From: Calditrichia bacterium
GTDB taxonomy: Bacteria > Calditrichota > Calditrichia > JAJRVZ01
NCBI GenBank assembly: GCA_963765585.1
Contig: CAVXXB010000008.1
Span: forward strand, 405,111-469,110
DNA: 64,000 bases
Direction: 5' to 3'
The translations under genes and the position numbers were made by a program. The notes under the pieces were generated by a model. The model was not told the DNA's origin and made no database searches. It saw nothing but the letters and a program-made list of their open reading frames with translations. Below, one piece after another: positions 39,822 through 49,896 of the stretch. How positions within the stretch are numbered: position 1 is the stretch's first letter; each line of letters opens with the position of its first letter.

Positions 39822-42255
39822 TTAAAGCGTCTTTAAGTATTCCATCAAATCATTCAGTTGATCTTTTGTCAGATCATTGGTGACACCATGGGTGTCTTTT
39901 GTATTATACAGTGTCCATATTTCATCCAGCGACGCAGCCCGCCCGTCATGCAGATACGGCGGCGAGGCATAAATATTATTAAGATGGGGTACATCAAACT
40001 TGCCATGGGTATCCAATGCGGATGATGTTCCCACATCAAATTGCTCCCGGTTCGTATAATAGGGATAGGTATGACATGTATTACAGCGATTATATTCAGG
40101 AATTTCATTTCCTGAATTATCATAAATACGTTCAAATATCCGCTTCCCTCTTCGTTGTGCATCGCTAAGCTGTTCGCCGGTACGGTATCTGTTTGGCGGC
40201 CTTGGGATCGTAACAATATATCGATCCAGTGCTGCAGATTGTTCCGGTTTAAAGGGATCAATGCGGGTAAAAAATGCTGCCAGACGCGGTCCGCATTGAC
40301 GTTTTAAAGTGGGATTTTTTCCAGTCCATTTAAAAGGTGCGGTATCATTGATTCCCCGTAGCGTCCGGTTATCAACCGGGTTTACCCCAAGACCATCCGG
40401 TTCGATATCATAGGTCAGACCATCGATACCACCATCGGGATGACAGGAATGACAGGAAAACTGTCGCGCATAGGTATATTCCGAACTGTGAAATATGCGC
40501 TCGCCATATCTTGCCTGGGTAATTTCATCTGGTCCGCCAAGATCGATGGTTTTAATCCGTTCTGCGTGATTCGATATCAATAACCGATATGGCATCATCA
40601 AGGCCGTCTGCCACATATAAAAATTTATTATTCGGCGAAACCGCCATTCCCCTGGGACTTTGCCCCACCTTTATTCGTTCGACCACAAATTGAAGGCTCA
40701 TTCCCAGGTGGTTGGCCATCTCTGCACGGTCTTTAGCAGATAAATTCTGTGAGAGTATGTTTTTCATGGCTTCAATATCGATCATTGCCACTTCTTGCAC
40801 ACCGCCGCCTGTTGCGAATGCATACCGGCCATCGCCTGAAAACACAATATCAGTCGGATCAGCAAAGAAGTCATTAATTTCATCCAGCAATAACTGGTCT
40901 ACGCGACCGTCCTTCCATAAAATCCCGATACCGTTGGTCATGATCCAGCCCTGAATATTGCGGGTCATGGGTACCAGGTTTTTGGTACGAATCAATGTCA
41001 CCAGGGCAAAATGGGCATCAGGTGATACGGCGACACCTTGTATCAGGTTTGCATCCCTGACTGGAATCCGTTTTCTTACCGTCGCGGTTTTTGTGTCAAT
41101 CACTGTAACTTCAGATACGGAAGTTGATCTGAATTTTCCATATCTTGGCAGATTATTGGTGATGTATACAGAACTGCCATCCGGTGATATTGCGGCGCCC
41201 CAGGGTCCGCGTGATGCTGCCAGACGTTTAACCTCGTGCCCTTTAGCCAAATCCACAACAGACACATCGTAGGTTCCGGCATTGGCCACATACATAAACT
41301 TGCCATCGGGAGTAATGACCATTTCATGGGGTTCATCACCAACAATAATCGTATTTATCACCTGGTAAGACCTGGTATCCACGACCGAAATATTATCTGA
41401 TGCCCGATTACTCACATAAGCCCGTGATTGATCCGGTGAAAAGCAAACAAAATGCGGCTGCATACCGATATCAATTTCCCTGAGAATCTTATCGGTCCCG
41501 GTATCAACAACAATCAGACTATTGGAGGCCTCGCAGGCAATAAACAAGCGTTCCCCATCCCTGGTAACGGCCAGGTTAAACGGGGTTTTATAAACTACCT
41601 TCTTTTCATTAACATTCTGCTTTTTTGAGGCAGATGATTTAATTACCGGTTTCGTACGTTCAACATAGTCGTCGTCAATGGGAATAATGCCGGGTGTAAG
41701 TGCGCCCCCTTTTCCGAAATGAGCGATGGCGGCAAACGCCGAATCAAAGTCAAATATTTTTGAATTCAAAACAGATACATGAGAATTTTTTTCTTTATGA
41801 CATATCATGCAATCACGCTTTTGCGTCTTTTTCAGACCTGCACGGATTGCTTTGTCCCGGTCCCGCATAATATCGGCATCAATATAGTCGCTACCGGGTC
41901 CATGACATAACTCGCATTGCACCCCATCCTCAAAGCGGAAAGTATCATCACGCTCCCATTCTTCAACATTATATGCTGTTGTGTGACATCCCAGACAAAT
42001 GGGACTCTCCCAGGGTTCAATATCAATTCCGGATAATTCAGCAATCTCCTTTGACTCCGGTTTAAATAAAACGGAATGGGCCTGCGCGTGTTTTGACTGC
42101 CGCCAGATATTGAATTGATCCCGGTTACCCTGCTGATGATGACATTGGCGGCAGACCTGTTCACCTACATAAATGCGATCAGCTGGCTGCTGCGCACTCA
42201 GGTTCATAGCGGCAAAAATAAACATCCAGATTAGTTTAGAATATTGATTTTTCAT
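39822..42255 (-). pseudogene. Fusion of an N-terminal tetra-heme cytochrome c, a YVTN beta-propeller and a C-terminal di-heme cytochrome c peroxidase/MauG-like domain, split by a frameshift at ~40552..40616
   Basis: The 567-aa ORF has CRQCH, CLGCH, CELCH and CMICH, followed by YVTN-type propeller repeats (YVSNRASDNISVVD, YVANAGTYDVSVVD, YVADGLDDAISVIDIES). The overlapping 264-aa ORF continues ...RIKTIDLGGP...CHSCHPDG...CNTCHT. The junction is in a C-rich stretch (ccattcccctgggactttgcccc). Confidence 0.55.
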
Positions 42256-42441
42256 AATGCAAATCTGATCTATTCAGATATTTCTAAAGCAAAGTCGCAG
42301 AAAAAGATAGTTAGAAGTTTGGAACTGGGAATTGGGAATTAGTAATTTGTTATTGGTTATTAGTACATCTTTTTACTTCTAACTTCTAATTCCAATTCCT
42401 AATTTTCGTCTCTGCATCTTTGCGAGAGATAACCTATCCAT

Positions 42442-43260
42442 CTATTGCTGATTACTAAATTGCAATACTACGACTTCTTTATTCTTCTTTCTGATGCCAT
42501 AAATAGTTCCCTTTTCGGAACGATCCCAGGCGATTCCCTGACCGAATATATTGATCGGTACAACTTCAACCAGATCTAAAACAGAACCTCGATCTGGAAT
42601 CTGAAAGACATAGGTTTCGGGCAAATCATGTCCCGTACAATACAGCAGACTATCCACACCCCATGAACCACCGGAATTACTCATGGGTCTGAATTTTTCA
42701 ACTACTTCCTCCGGAAATACCCATGATTCTATTTCACGCCATTGGCCATCGAGTTTAACCACACTTGTCCATTCGGATCCCTTACCTGTCACATGTTTCC
42801 ATTTTTCATAGTGGGCAAAACCGGCCCACCAATAGCCATCATGCCAGTCAAGCCATGTACAACTACCCCGGTATATGCCAAAACTGAACGAATCGATATG
42901 CTCTAATGTGGCTGCATCCCATACTTCAATTGAACTGGTCATAGGTACCGCAGAATAATTAGAGTGCGCACAATACAACTTGCCGTCAATAATTACGCCG
43001 CTATCCAGGTGAATTATCGGTCCGTCACCGTCTTCCTTCCATTGAGCCACCAGTTCACCGGTTGTTTTATCGTATTTTCCGATTCTTTGACTATCGATTA
43101 CATAAATATAATCCTGGTCAATGGCAACGCCCTGCCGGGCCTCTTTCATTTTAAATGTCTTTATTTCTTTAAATTCCCGGGTTCCTGCATAGGTTTGTGA
43201 ATTAAACAGTACTATAGTCAGGCAGATAATTATACTTAGTGTAAAAAAATGCTTTGTCAT
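42442..43260 (-). CDS. Secreted hypothetical protein (beta-rich, ~270 aa)
   Basis: Signal peptide only. No recognised motifs. Confidence 0.45.
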   Translation of the reverse strand: MTKHFFTLSIIICLTIVLFNSQTYAGTREFKEIKTFKMKEARQGVAIDQDYIYVIDSQRIGKYDKTTGELVAQWKEDGDGPIIHLDSGVIIDGKLYCAHSNYSAVPMTSSIEVWDAATLEHIDSFSFGIYRGSCTWLDWHDGYWWAGFAHYEKWKHVTGKGSEWTSVVKLDGQWREIESWVFPEEVVEKFRPMSNSGGSWGVDSLLYCTGHDLPETYVFQIPDRGSVLDLVEVVPINIFGQGIAWDRSEKGTIYGIRKKNKEVVVLQFSNQQ

Positions 43261-43453
43261 TTAGTCTCCAAACGAGAAGGATAATTACTTTGAAAGATCT
43301 GAAAAAAACACAACTCGTCACGCCCGAAGAACAGGATTTTCAACCTGTATTCATTTCAGATTTTGTTCTTTTGATCCTGAAATCCTGAAACTAGTTCAGG
43401 ACAAGCAAGTTCAGGATGACGCTTTGAATTAAATTTTCATTCTTCAGATCGCT

Positions 43454-45082
43454 CTACTCGATTATTTTAATCACCTGGTTCGCTGATATGTTTTCAAGTA
43501 CCTGGGTAGTACCACCAGGCCAGCGAATTTCTATTTTATCTATAGTTTTCGCATTTCCCAGTCCAAAATGTAGCCGGGGATCACTTTGTGACAGATACCC
43601 GGAACTGCTTACGCGCCACTTTGTCTGGACAAGTTTATTTGCTGTCAACCTGACACGACAACCAATACCATCACGGTTGCTTTTTGTACCCTGGAGCTGA
43701 ATAGAAATCCAGTTTTGTGTGTTTCCACCATCATTCCGTAACAAACGCGGCCGGTTATTCAGATTTAATATGAGAATATCCAGATCGCCATCATTATCAT
43801 AATCCCCGACAGCGGAGCCGCGGCTGACAAACTTTTCCTGAAAATCAGATCCCAATTTATGAGAGATATTTTCAAAGCGGTTGCCTGCCTGGTTTATCAG
43901 CAGCAAATCTTCCTCACCTATCAAACGGTGGGGATGCCCGTTGCTTATAAATAAATCGCTGTACCCATCATGATCAAAATCAAATATATTGCATGACCAG
44001 CTGGTATATTGGCCGCAGGCCGCAGCAATACCCATTCTGGCACTCATCTCCTCGAAGTATCCCGATCCGGTATTTTTATAATAACAACCATAGTCCATGT
44101 CCGGTACAATGATATCGACCATGCCGTTTAAATCAAGATCACCAAATTCGCCACTCATTGCCGAAGTCGCCTCACCATTCTGGCCAAAGCCGGTGCCTGT
44201 TTGAAGTGCCACATCCGTAAAAGTGCCATCGCCGTTGTTGCGGTATAAATAATTCTCCATGGCATCATTGGCAACGAAGATATCCCAGTCCCCATCATCA
44301 TCATAATCACAGGAACTGACACCCATGGCCCGTCCTTCGGGGTTGTAAACACCTGCAGTTTTTGTCACATCACTGAAAGTACCATCCCCATTATTATGAT
44401 ACAAAATATCTGCCTGGCCATGATAGGCCAGCGGTCCGGGAAATTTTTCTGCAGCATAGAAATATTTATAATCGGGATCATATTCGATATAATTTCCCAC
44501 ATACAGATCCAGAAAGCCATCCAGATCGTAATCAAGAAATGTGCTGCCTATCCCATACAGATCATTTTCCAGGCCTGCCTGAGACGTGAAATCCGTGAAT
44601 GTGCCATCACCATTGTTCCGGTAGAACACATTGGCGCCCCAATTTGATACAAATACATCCTGATCACCATCATTATCATAGTCACCCGTAACCACAGCCA
44701 TTCCCATTCCTTTATGCCCCAGACCACTCTCTGCAGTAACGTCGGTAAATGTATGATCACCGTTATTGCGATACAGTGCATTGCGCAGTTTATCTTTATT
44801 TTTTCGGCCGCGCTTATGGCTGATACCTTCGATATATGCGCCGTTCACAAGATATATATCCAGATCTGAATCGCCATCATAGTCAAAAAAACAACAACCA
44901 CCCGCATTGGATTCGATAAGATTACTCATTTCATCATCGCCGAAATTATGAATAAAAGAAATACCCGATATTTCGGTTACATCAGATAATTGCTGATCCT
45001 TATTTTGTGCATCCCCAATATGAATCATACCAAAGATATAAAAGAGGATTGTTACAGTTCTGGCGATACCAGTTAATTTCAT
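43454..45082 (-). CDS. FG-GAP + ASPIC/UnbV secreted protein (CRTAC1-like)
   Basis: FG-GAP repeats are present. The C-terminus reads ...SSGYLSQSDPRLHFGLGNAKTIDKIEIRWPGGTTQ. The likely true start is MKLTGIART (signal peptide) at ~45082, not the longest-ORF start at 45169 (which would overlap the upstream gene by 73 bp). Confidence 0.8.
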   Translation of the reverse strand: MKLTGIARTVTILFYIFGMIHIGDAQNKDQQLSDVTEISGISFIHNFGDDEMSNLIESNAGGCCFFDYDGDSDLDIYLVNGAYIEGISHKRGRKNKDKLRNALYRNNGDHTFTDVTAESGLGHKGMGMAVVTGDYDNDGDQDVFVSNWGANVFYRNNGDGTFTDFTSQAGLENDLYGIGSTFLDYDLDGFLDLYVGNYIEYDPDYKYFYAAEKFPGPLAYHGQADILYHNNGDGTFSDVTKTAGVYNPEGRAMGVSSCDYDDDGDWDIFVANDAMENYLYRNNGDGTFTDVALQTGTGFGQNGEATSAMSGEFGDLDLNGMVDIIVPDMDYGCYYKNTGSGYFEEMSARMGIAAACGQYTSWSCNIFDFDHDGYSDLFISNGHPHRLIGEEDLLLINQAGNRFENISHKLGSDFQEKFVSRGSAVGDYDNDGDLDILILNLNNRPRLLRNDGGNTQNWISIQLQGTKSNRDGIGCRVRLTANKLVQTKWRVSSSGYLSQSDPRLHFGLGNAKTIDKIEIRWPGGTTQVLENISANQVIKIIE

Positions 45083-45096
45083 TTTATTTCCGATTA

Positions 45097-47037
45097 TTAG
45101 TTTTCTTTTTTGGTTCTGACCTTCTCCAAATATGGAGTTAAATCGTAAGGCGCACCCATATCGATCCATTCTATCAGGAGCATTTTTTCCTTCTCGCTCA
45201 GAATATCATTTTTGTGAACCGGCGGTTCGGATATCTCCGATGTATCTTTCAAATGATCTGTTAAAATAATGTCCATTGTCAGACTACTGTTTATTGCCCA
45301 TCCAGGAACTATATATGTTTTATCATCCGCATTTTTCCAGGCAAGTAGATCCAAATAGAAATCTTCATAAGAAAAGTCTCTGCCGGAAGAATTATTATCT
45401 TTTATCGGGGATAATATATGTCCGGATCCATGACATTCAGGAATTGCACATTTTTGCATAAGCATGGGTGCGATTTTATGTCTAAAGTCAATTGGGTTGG
45501 TATTTTCAGGAACATCCGTCAGATCGACCGGTGGTTTTACGATCGCATTTACCAGAATATTGGGCGGTGATAATTCGCGATTTTCATGACATCCAATGCA
45601 TCCGCGATTTTCGTTACCCATTGCCCATGTCCACCCCTCCTGGGTCCGGATTTTCATTTTGTTTTTATTTAATAAGTGAAAACTCAATGGCACTTCGGCC
45701 GGAACCCGCACATGGAAGGATCCGTCATTCTCCACAGGTGCCACACCCAGAACCCTGGCCGGCAGGCTATTTGGATTGATCTGATCAGGTTTTTGCATCT
45801 CTTTTTTTGGCAGACCTTCAATAATCCGGACATATTTTATATCGCCGGGTGAAATATTTTTTCCGGTATCCAAATTGGTCCGATAGCTATCCATGCAATA
45901 GAATACAGCGGTTGTCGCGCCGGGAATCAGCCAGTTGGATCTGCCTTTTGCCGGGGTATGTGAAGTGAGAATTTGTGTGTCAATGGTATGCCATCCGGCC
46001 TCACCATAAATTTTTTCAATTTTATCACCGGAAGAAGGATCCAGTTGATATACTGCAAATTCAGCCTCCTTTGAGTTCGATCGGTACGAGGCAAGTAATC
46101 CGCCATCGGGCATGGGACAAGGGCTATGGTAAAGACCCTCTTCTGCAATAATTGTTTTCCTGTATGAATTCAGTGGTCTGCGATGGGAAACTTCGGCAAT
46201 ATCACCACCACCAGGCCAATTTTGTTCATCCGATTCAATATAGTATACCCGGTTATCATACTCAGATGCATGTACCATCTCTTTGAAAAGAGGCAATTCA
46301 TGATTACCATAATATGGCATCAGGTCGGTGCCATCGACATTCACTGCCATCAGTGCCAGTTTTCCACCGGCAGAGGGTTGCCAACTGCTGAAAACAATCC
46401 GGCCATCCGGTAACACATCGGGAGAATAATCGCTATATAGATTATAAGTGAGCCGGTAGGTATTTTTTCCCTGGTGATCGGTTCCGTAGAGGGCCAAAAT
46501 TGCCCTGGATTCGATATTATTATACCAGGCATGTTCATTTCCGGCATATACAATTTGCGGTGTCGGCTGGGGATCATTCAGATAGAAACGGTTTCCGGCA
46601 TATACCGGCATCATGCAGTCACCGGATGCGCGGGTAATTTGCTTTTTATGGGATCCATCTGATTTCATTGACCAAATTTGCCAGTAGTCATTCTCATTTA
46701 TTTTTCCACTAAATATGATATTCAGTCCATCAAAAGAAATATCCGGATCACAGGCCGCAAAGAAATCCTGAGTCAGATTTTTTATTGTATTACTTTGCAA
46801 GTTATAGTTGACAATTCTCGCACTCTTGACATAACGATCGGAAATTGAGGATATATTTTCATATCTGCTTTTATCGGAATTTGTGTACTGCGGAACCTGG
46901 ACAAATATGAAGTCAATAGTTTTAGCATACTGTGCATTAATATCAGTTGTGATATAGCAAATGAAAAAAAGAATAAGAAAATGCCAATAAACTTTATCGA
47001 TATAATTGTGATTCGCTAGTGATTGTTCTTCTTTCAT
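45097..47037 (-). CDS. Secreted TolB/PD40-like beta-propeller protein with two C-terminal c-type heme-binding motifs
   Basis: 646 aa. Propeller-like repeats (FDGLNIIFSG..., DGRIVFSSW). The C-terminal part has GCIGCHENRE and CAIPECHGSGH (CXXCH x2). Confidence 0.5.
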   Translation of the reverse strand: MKEEQSLANHNYIDKVYWHFLILFFICYITTDINAQYAKTIDFIFVQVPQYTNSDKSRYENISSISDRYVKSARIVNYNLQSNTIKNLTQDFFAACDPDISFDGLNIIFSGKINENDYWQIWSMKSDGSHKKQITRASGDCMMPVYAGNRFYLNDPQPTPQIVYAGNEHAWYNNIESRAILALYGTDHQGKNTYRLTYNLYSDYSPDVLPDGRIVFSSWQPSAGGKLALMAVNVDGTDLMPYYGNHELPLFKEMVHASEYDNRVYYIESDEQNWPGGGDIAEVSHRRPLNSYRKTIIAEEGLYHSPCPMPDGGLLASYRSNSKEAEFAVYQLDPSSGDKIEKIYGEAGWHTIDTQILTSHTPAKGRSNWLIPGATTAVFYCMDSYRTNLDTGKNISPGDIKYVRIIEGLPKKEMQKPDQINPNSLPARVLGVAPVENDGSFHVRVPAEVPLSFHLLNKNKMKIRTQEGWTWAMGNENRGCIGCHENRELSPPNILVNAIVKPPVDLTDVPENTNPIDFRHKIAPMLMQKCAIPECHGSGHILSPIKDNNSSGRDFSYEDFYLDLLAWKNADDKTYIVPGWAINSSLTMDIILTDHLKDTSEISEPPVHKNDILSEKEKMLLIEWIDMGAPYDLTPYLEKVRTKKEN

Positions 47038-47058
47038 TTATATCTTTAATAATTCTGA

Positions 47059-47928
47059 TTACTGGTGATTATTTCCGGATAAATTTCTTCCCACTGCCAG
47101 GGCGACAGGAATAAGTCCTTTCATTAATTCACAAAAGGTCTCAGGATTGAGTGATTGTTCTCCATCGCATAGCGCTTTACTAGGATCATGATGTGCTTCA
47201 ATGAGCAATCCGTCGGCACCCGCTGCAATAGCTGCCTTTGCCAATTCCGGCACCAACCACCAGTGGCCGGCACTATGACTCGGATCCACAATCAATGGCA
47301 GATGGGTGTATCTTTTTAATAAAGGAATCGCACTGATGTCCAGCGTAAATCTTGTGGCCATTTCAAACGTACGTATGCCACGCTCACACAAAATCACATT
47401 AGTATTACCCTGTTTCATTATATATTCAGCTGCGAAGAGGAATTCCTCCACAGTTGCCGACATTCCCCTTTTCAACAGCACTGGCTTCCCGGATTTACCA
47501 ACTTCTTCTAACAAAGCACTATTGTGCATATTACGCGAACCCACCTGCAATATGTCTACACAATCCGCCATGAGCGTAACTTTTCGAGTATCCATGACCT
47601 CACTGACAACCGGAATATCCAATTTCCGCCGAACCCGTGCTAAAATTTTTGCACCTTCGTCATGTAATCCCTGAAAACTATATGGCGATGTACGCGGCTT
47701 AAAGGCACCACCTCGCAGAATAGCGGCACCGCATTTTTGAACCATTTGGGCGGTTTGAAAAGTCTGCTCCTCATTTTCGACCGAACAGGGGCCGGCAATG
47801 ATTACTATTTCATTACCACCAATGTGTACACCAGACACGTTGACGATTGTTTTTTCCTGAACAGATTTTCTACCTGTATATTTAAATTGTTCAGAAATAC
47901 GCGGGTTTAGATATTTAATCTCTGTCAT
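47059..47928 (-). CDS. 3-deoxy-7-phosphoheptulonate (DAHP) synthase, type I-beta (KDO8PS-like fold)
   Basis: 289 aa. The motifs VIIAGPCSVENEEQ, AILRGGAFKPRTSPYSFQG, PVVSEVMD and CERGIRTFE are typical of Thermotoga/Bacillus-type DAHP synthase. Confidence 0.8.
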   Translation of the reverse strand: MTEIKYLNPRISEQFKYTGRKSVQEKTIVNVSGVHIGGNEIVIIAGPCSVENEEQTFQTAQMVQKCGAAILRGGAFKPRTSPYSFQGLHDEGAKILARVRRKLDIPVVSEVMDTRKVTLMADCVDILQVGSRNMHNSALLEEVGKSGKPVLLKRGMSATVEEFLFAAEYIMKQGNTNVILCERGIRTFEMATRFTLDISAIPLLKRYTHLPLIVDPSHSAGHWWLVPELAKAAIAAGADGLLIEAHHDPSKALCDGEQSLNPETFCELMKGLIPVALAVGRNLSGNNHQ

Positions 47929-48003
47929 TAGTAATAATAATATCTTGTTTGCACCGCCATCTAACGTTATTTATTTTCTTGTTGTACAGCAATGGCTTCT
48001 ATT

Positions 48004-48561
48004 TCAACCAACAAATCTTCGCGGCATATTGTCAGCTTGTATACCTGTGCTGGCGGGCAGAGGATCCAGACCCAGCCAGGAATAAAATGCAGTTCTAACT
48101 TCATTAAAATCTTTATAGTCACGTGACATATCACGGAGATAACAAGAAGTTCTGACGATATCATGCCAGTTCATCGATTCAGCACGTAGTAATTCGGAGA
48201 TGTTTCTGAATGTACGCCAGCATTGCGCGCGAAAATCACCCATATGCACCGATTTTCCGTGCTCATCGACACTTGCTGTTCCTGAAATCAGCATTACTTT
48301 ATATCCCCCTAAATTCAGACAGAGCGCTCTTGAAAAGGATGAAGGCTTTTGATAGTCATATGCTTCATTCAGAGTGTTTGCTGCACTTACTGCATTCTTC
48401 TCTACCGGCATCATACCCTCAGCATACTCAGGTCTGACAAATGATTTCGTATTCAAGCCAGCATCGAGAAGGCCCAGTTTTTTCAATTCACTTTTTTCTG
48501 CTTCAGACATCGTAGCCACATCCAATGTGATCACACTATTTGATTCAGTTACAGTTGTCAT
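48004..48561 (-). CDS. RidA/YjgF/RutC-family protein with an N-terminal extension
   Basis: 185 aa. The C-terminal 125 aa fit the Rid fold (GTASVDEHGKSVHMGDFRAQCWRTFRNISELL...DIVRTSCYLRDMSRDYKDFNEV). Confidence 0.7.
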   Translation of the reverse strand: MTTVTESNSVITLDVATMSEAEKSELKKLGLLDAGLNTKSFVRPEYAEGMMPVEKNAVSAANTLNEAYDYQKPSSFSRALCLNLGGYKVMLISGTASVDEHGKSVHMGDFRAQCWRTFRNISELLRAESMNWHDIVRTSCYLRDMSRDYKDFNEVRTAFYSWLGLDPLPASTGIQADNMPRRFVG

Positions 48562-48722
48562 ATATTGATTCCTCCATGTCCAAATAGCTCCTGTTTAAGC
48601 AATATTTATTTACATTAAATTTATCATTTTAAATATATATATCAAAATTACTTTCCCTCTTCTCAGGCATATATCCTGAAGAATACTTGAACTTTAAATA
48701 GCGATAAAATACGTTATATAAC

Positions 48723-49821
48723 TTACAGGGCATTCAGTGCAAAGGCATACGCACCCAACGCAACTGCTTCACTTGTACCTATTTTGGATATTCCAACGCC
48801 CACACGGCTCATTGGATCATATAAAATCTTTTTCGAACTGCCTGGAACGGTAATCTCTTTTGATTCCCCTTTTATAAATAATTCCAGATCATCTTCATCT
48901 TCCAGATTAAACGTACGAACCGCTAAACGACGGTAAGTATCGCCACTAAAATTTCTATAACTGGCATTCATTTCTTCAATCATCTTTGGAAAAAACAGAG
49001 ATGCAGCACCGGCGACTCCACCTCCGATCACCCCAATTCCATCAATTAAAGTTAAAACGTTTGCGATTGCATCGCCGAGTACCTCTCCCATGCGGTTATA
49101 TGAACTGAGCGCAGCCTCTTTATTACCCTGAAGTTTTCCTGTGGCAATTTCATAAATCTCTTTCGGAGTTGGAACATCTTTAAAAGGAATTCCGACAATT
49201 TTGGCATATTCACGCTGAACTGCGCGAATACTCACACCCTCCTCCACATTCATTTCAGGATCCAATTTGTTTCGTAATAACCATACTTCTCCTGCTCCGG
49301 AATTATCACCAATAAATAATTTTCCATTTCGAACAATACCGGCACCAAATCCAGTCCCCAGGGTAAAGCCGACAAGATTATTAAATCTTTTGGGACTACC
49401 AGCATTTTCGAGCAATTGGTTAATATATGGAAGATATCCGGCAATAGCCTCGCCATAACCGTACAGATCGCCATCATTATTTATATAAACAGGTAATTTA
49501 AATTTTTCTTCGAGCATTGGCCCAAGTGCTATTCCACCGCGAAAACCAGGCAAGTTTCCGAGATTTCCGATTATACCGTTGGGATAATCAGCCGGTCCGG
49601 GAAAAGCAAAGACTGATAGCCACTGGTTTATCCGGCAATCGGCTCTCCAATTGTTCAAACCCATCGACAATTGTATTCAAACATCGTTCCAGATTATCTG
49701 CATTTGAGGGTAACGATATTGGTTCACTAATTTTTTGGCCACCTTGTATAGCAATAAATACAAAGTTTGTACCACCGGCATCCAATGTCATTACAGTTCT
49801 TTTATCATTTTTATAATCCAT
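48723..49821 (-). pseudogene. ROK-family sugar kinase (glucokinase/NagK-like) with a frameshift near 49590..49670
   Basis: The 77-aa ORF (MTLDAGGTNFVFIAIQ... ATP-binding N-terminus) and the 315-aa ORF (AFPGPADYPNGIIGNLGNLP...) overlap in different frames. Confidence 0.65.
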
Positions 49822-49896
49822 CTCGATGCTCCATCATTATAGTATATAAGTAATTTGGCTGTAATTGATCTAATAATATCCTGATATCTGCTTGTC

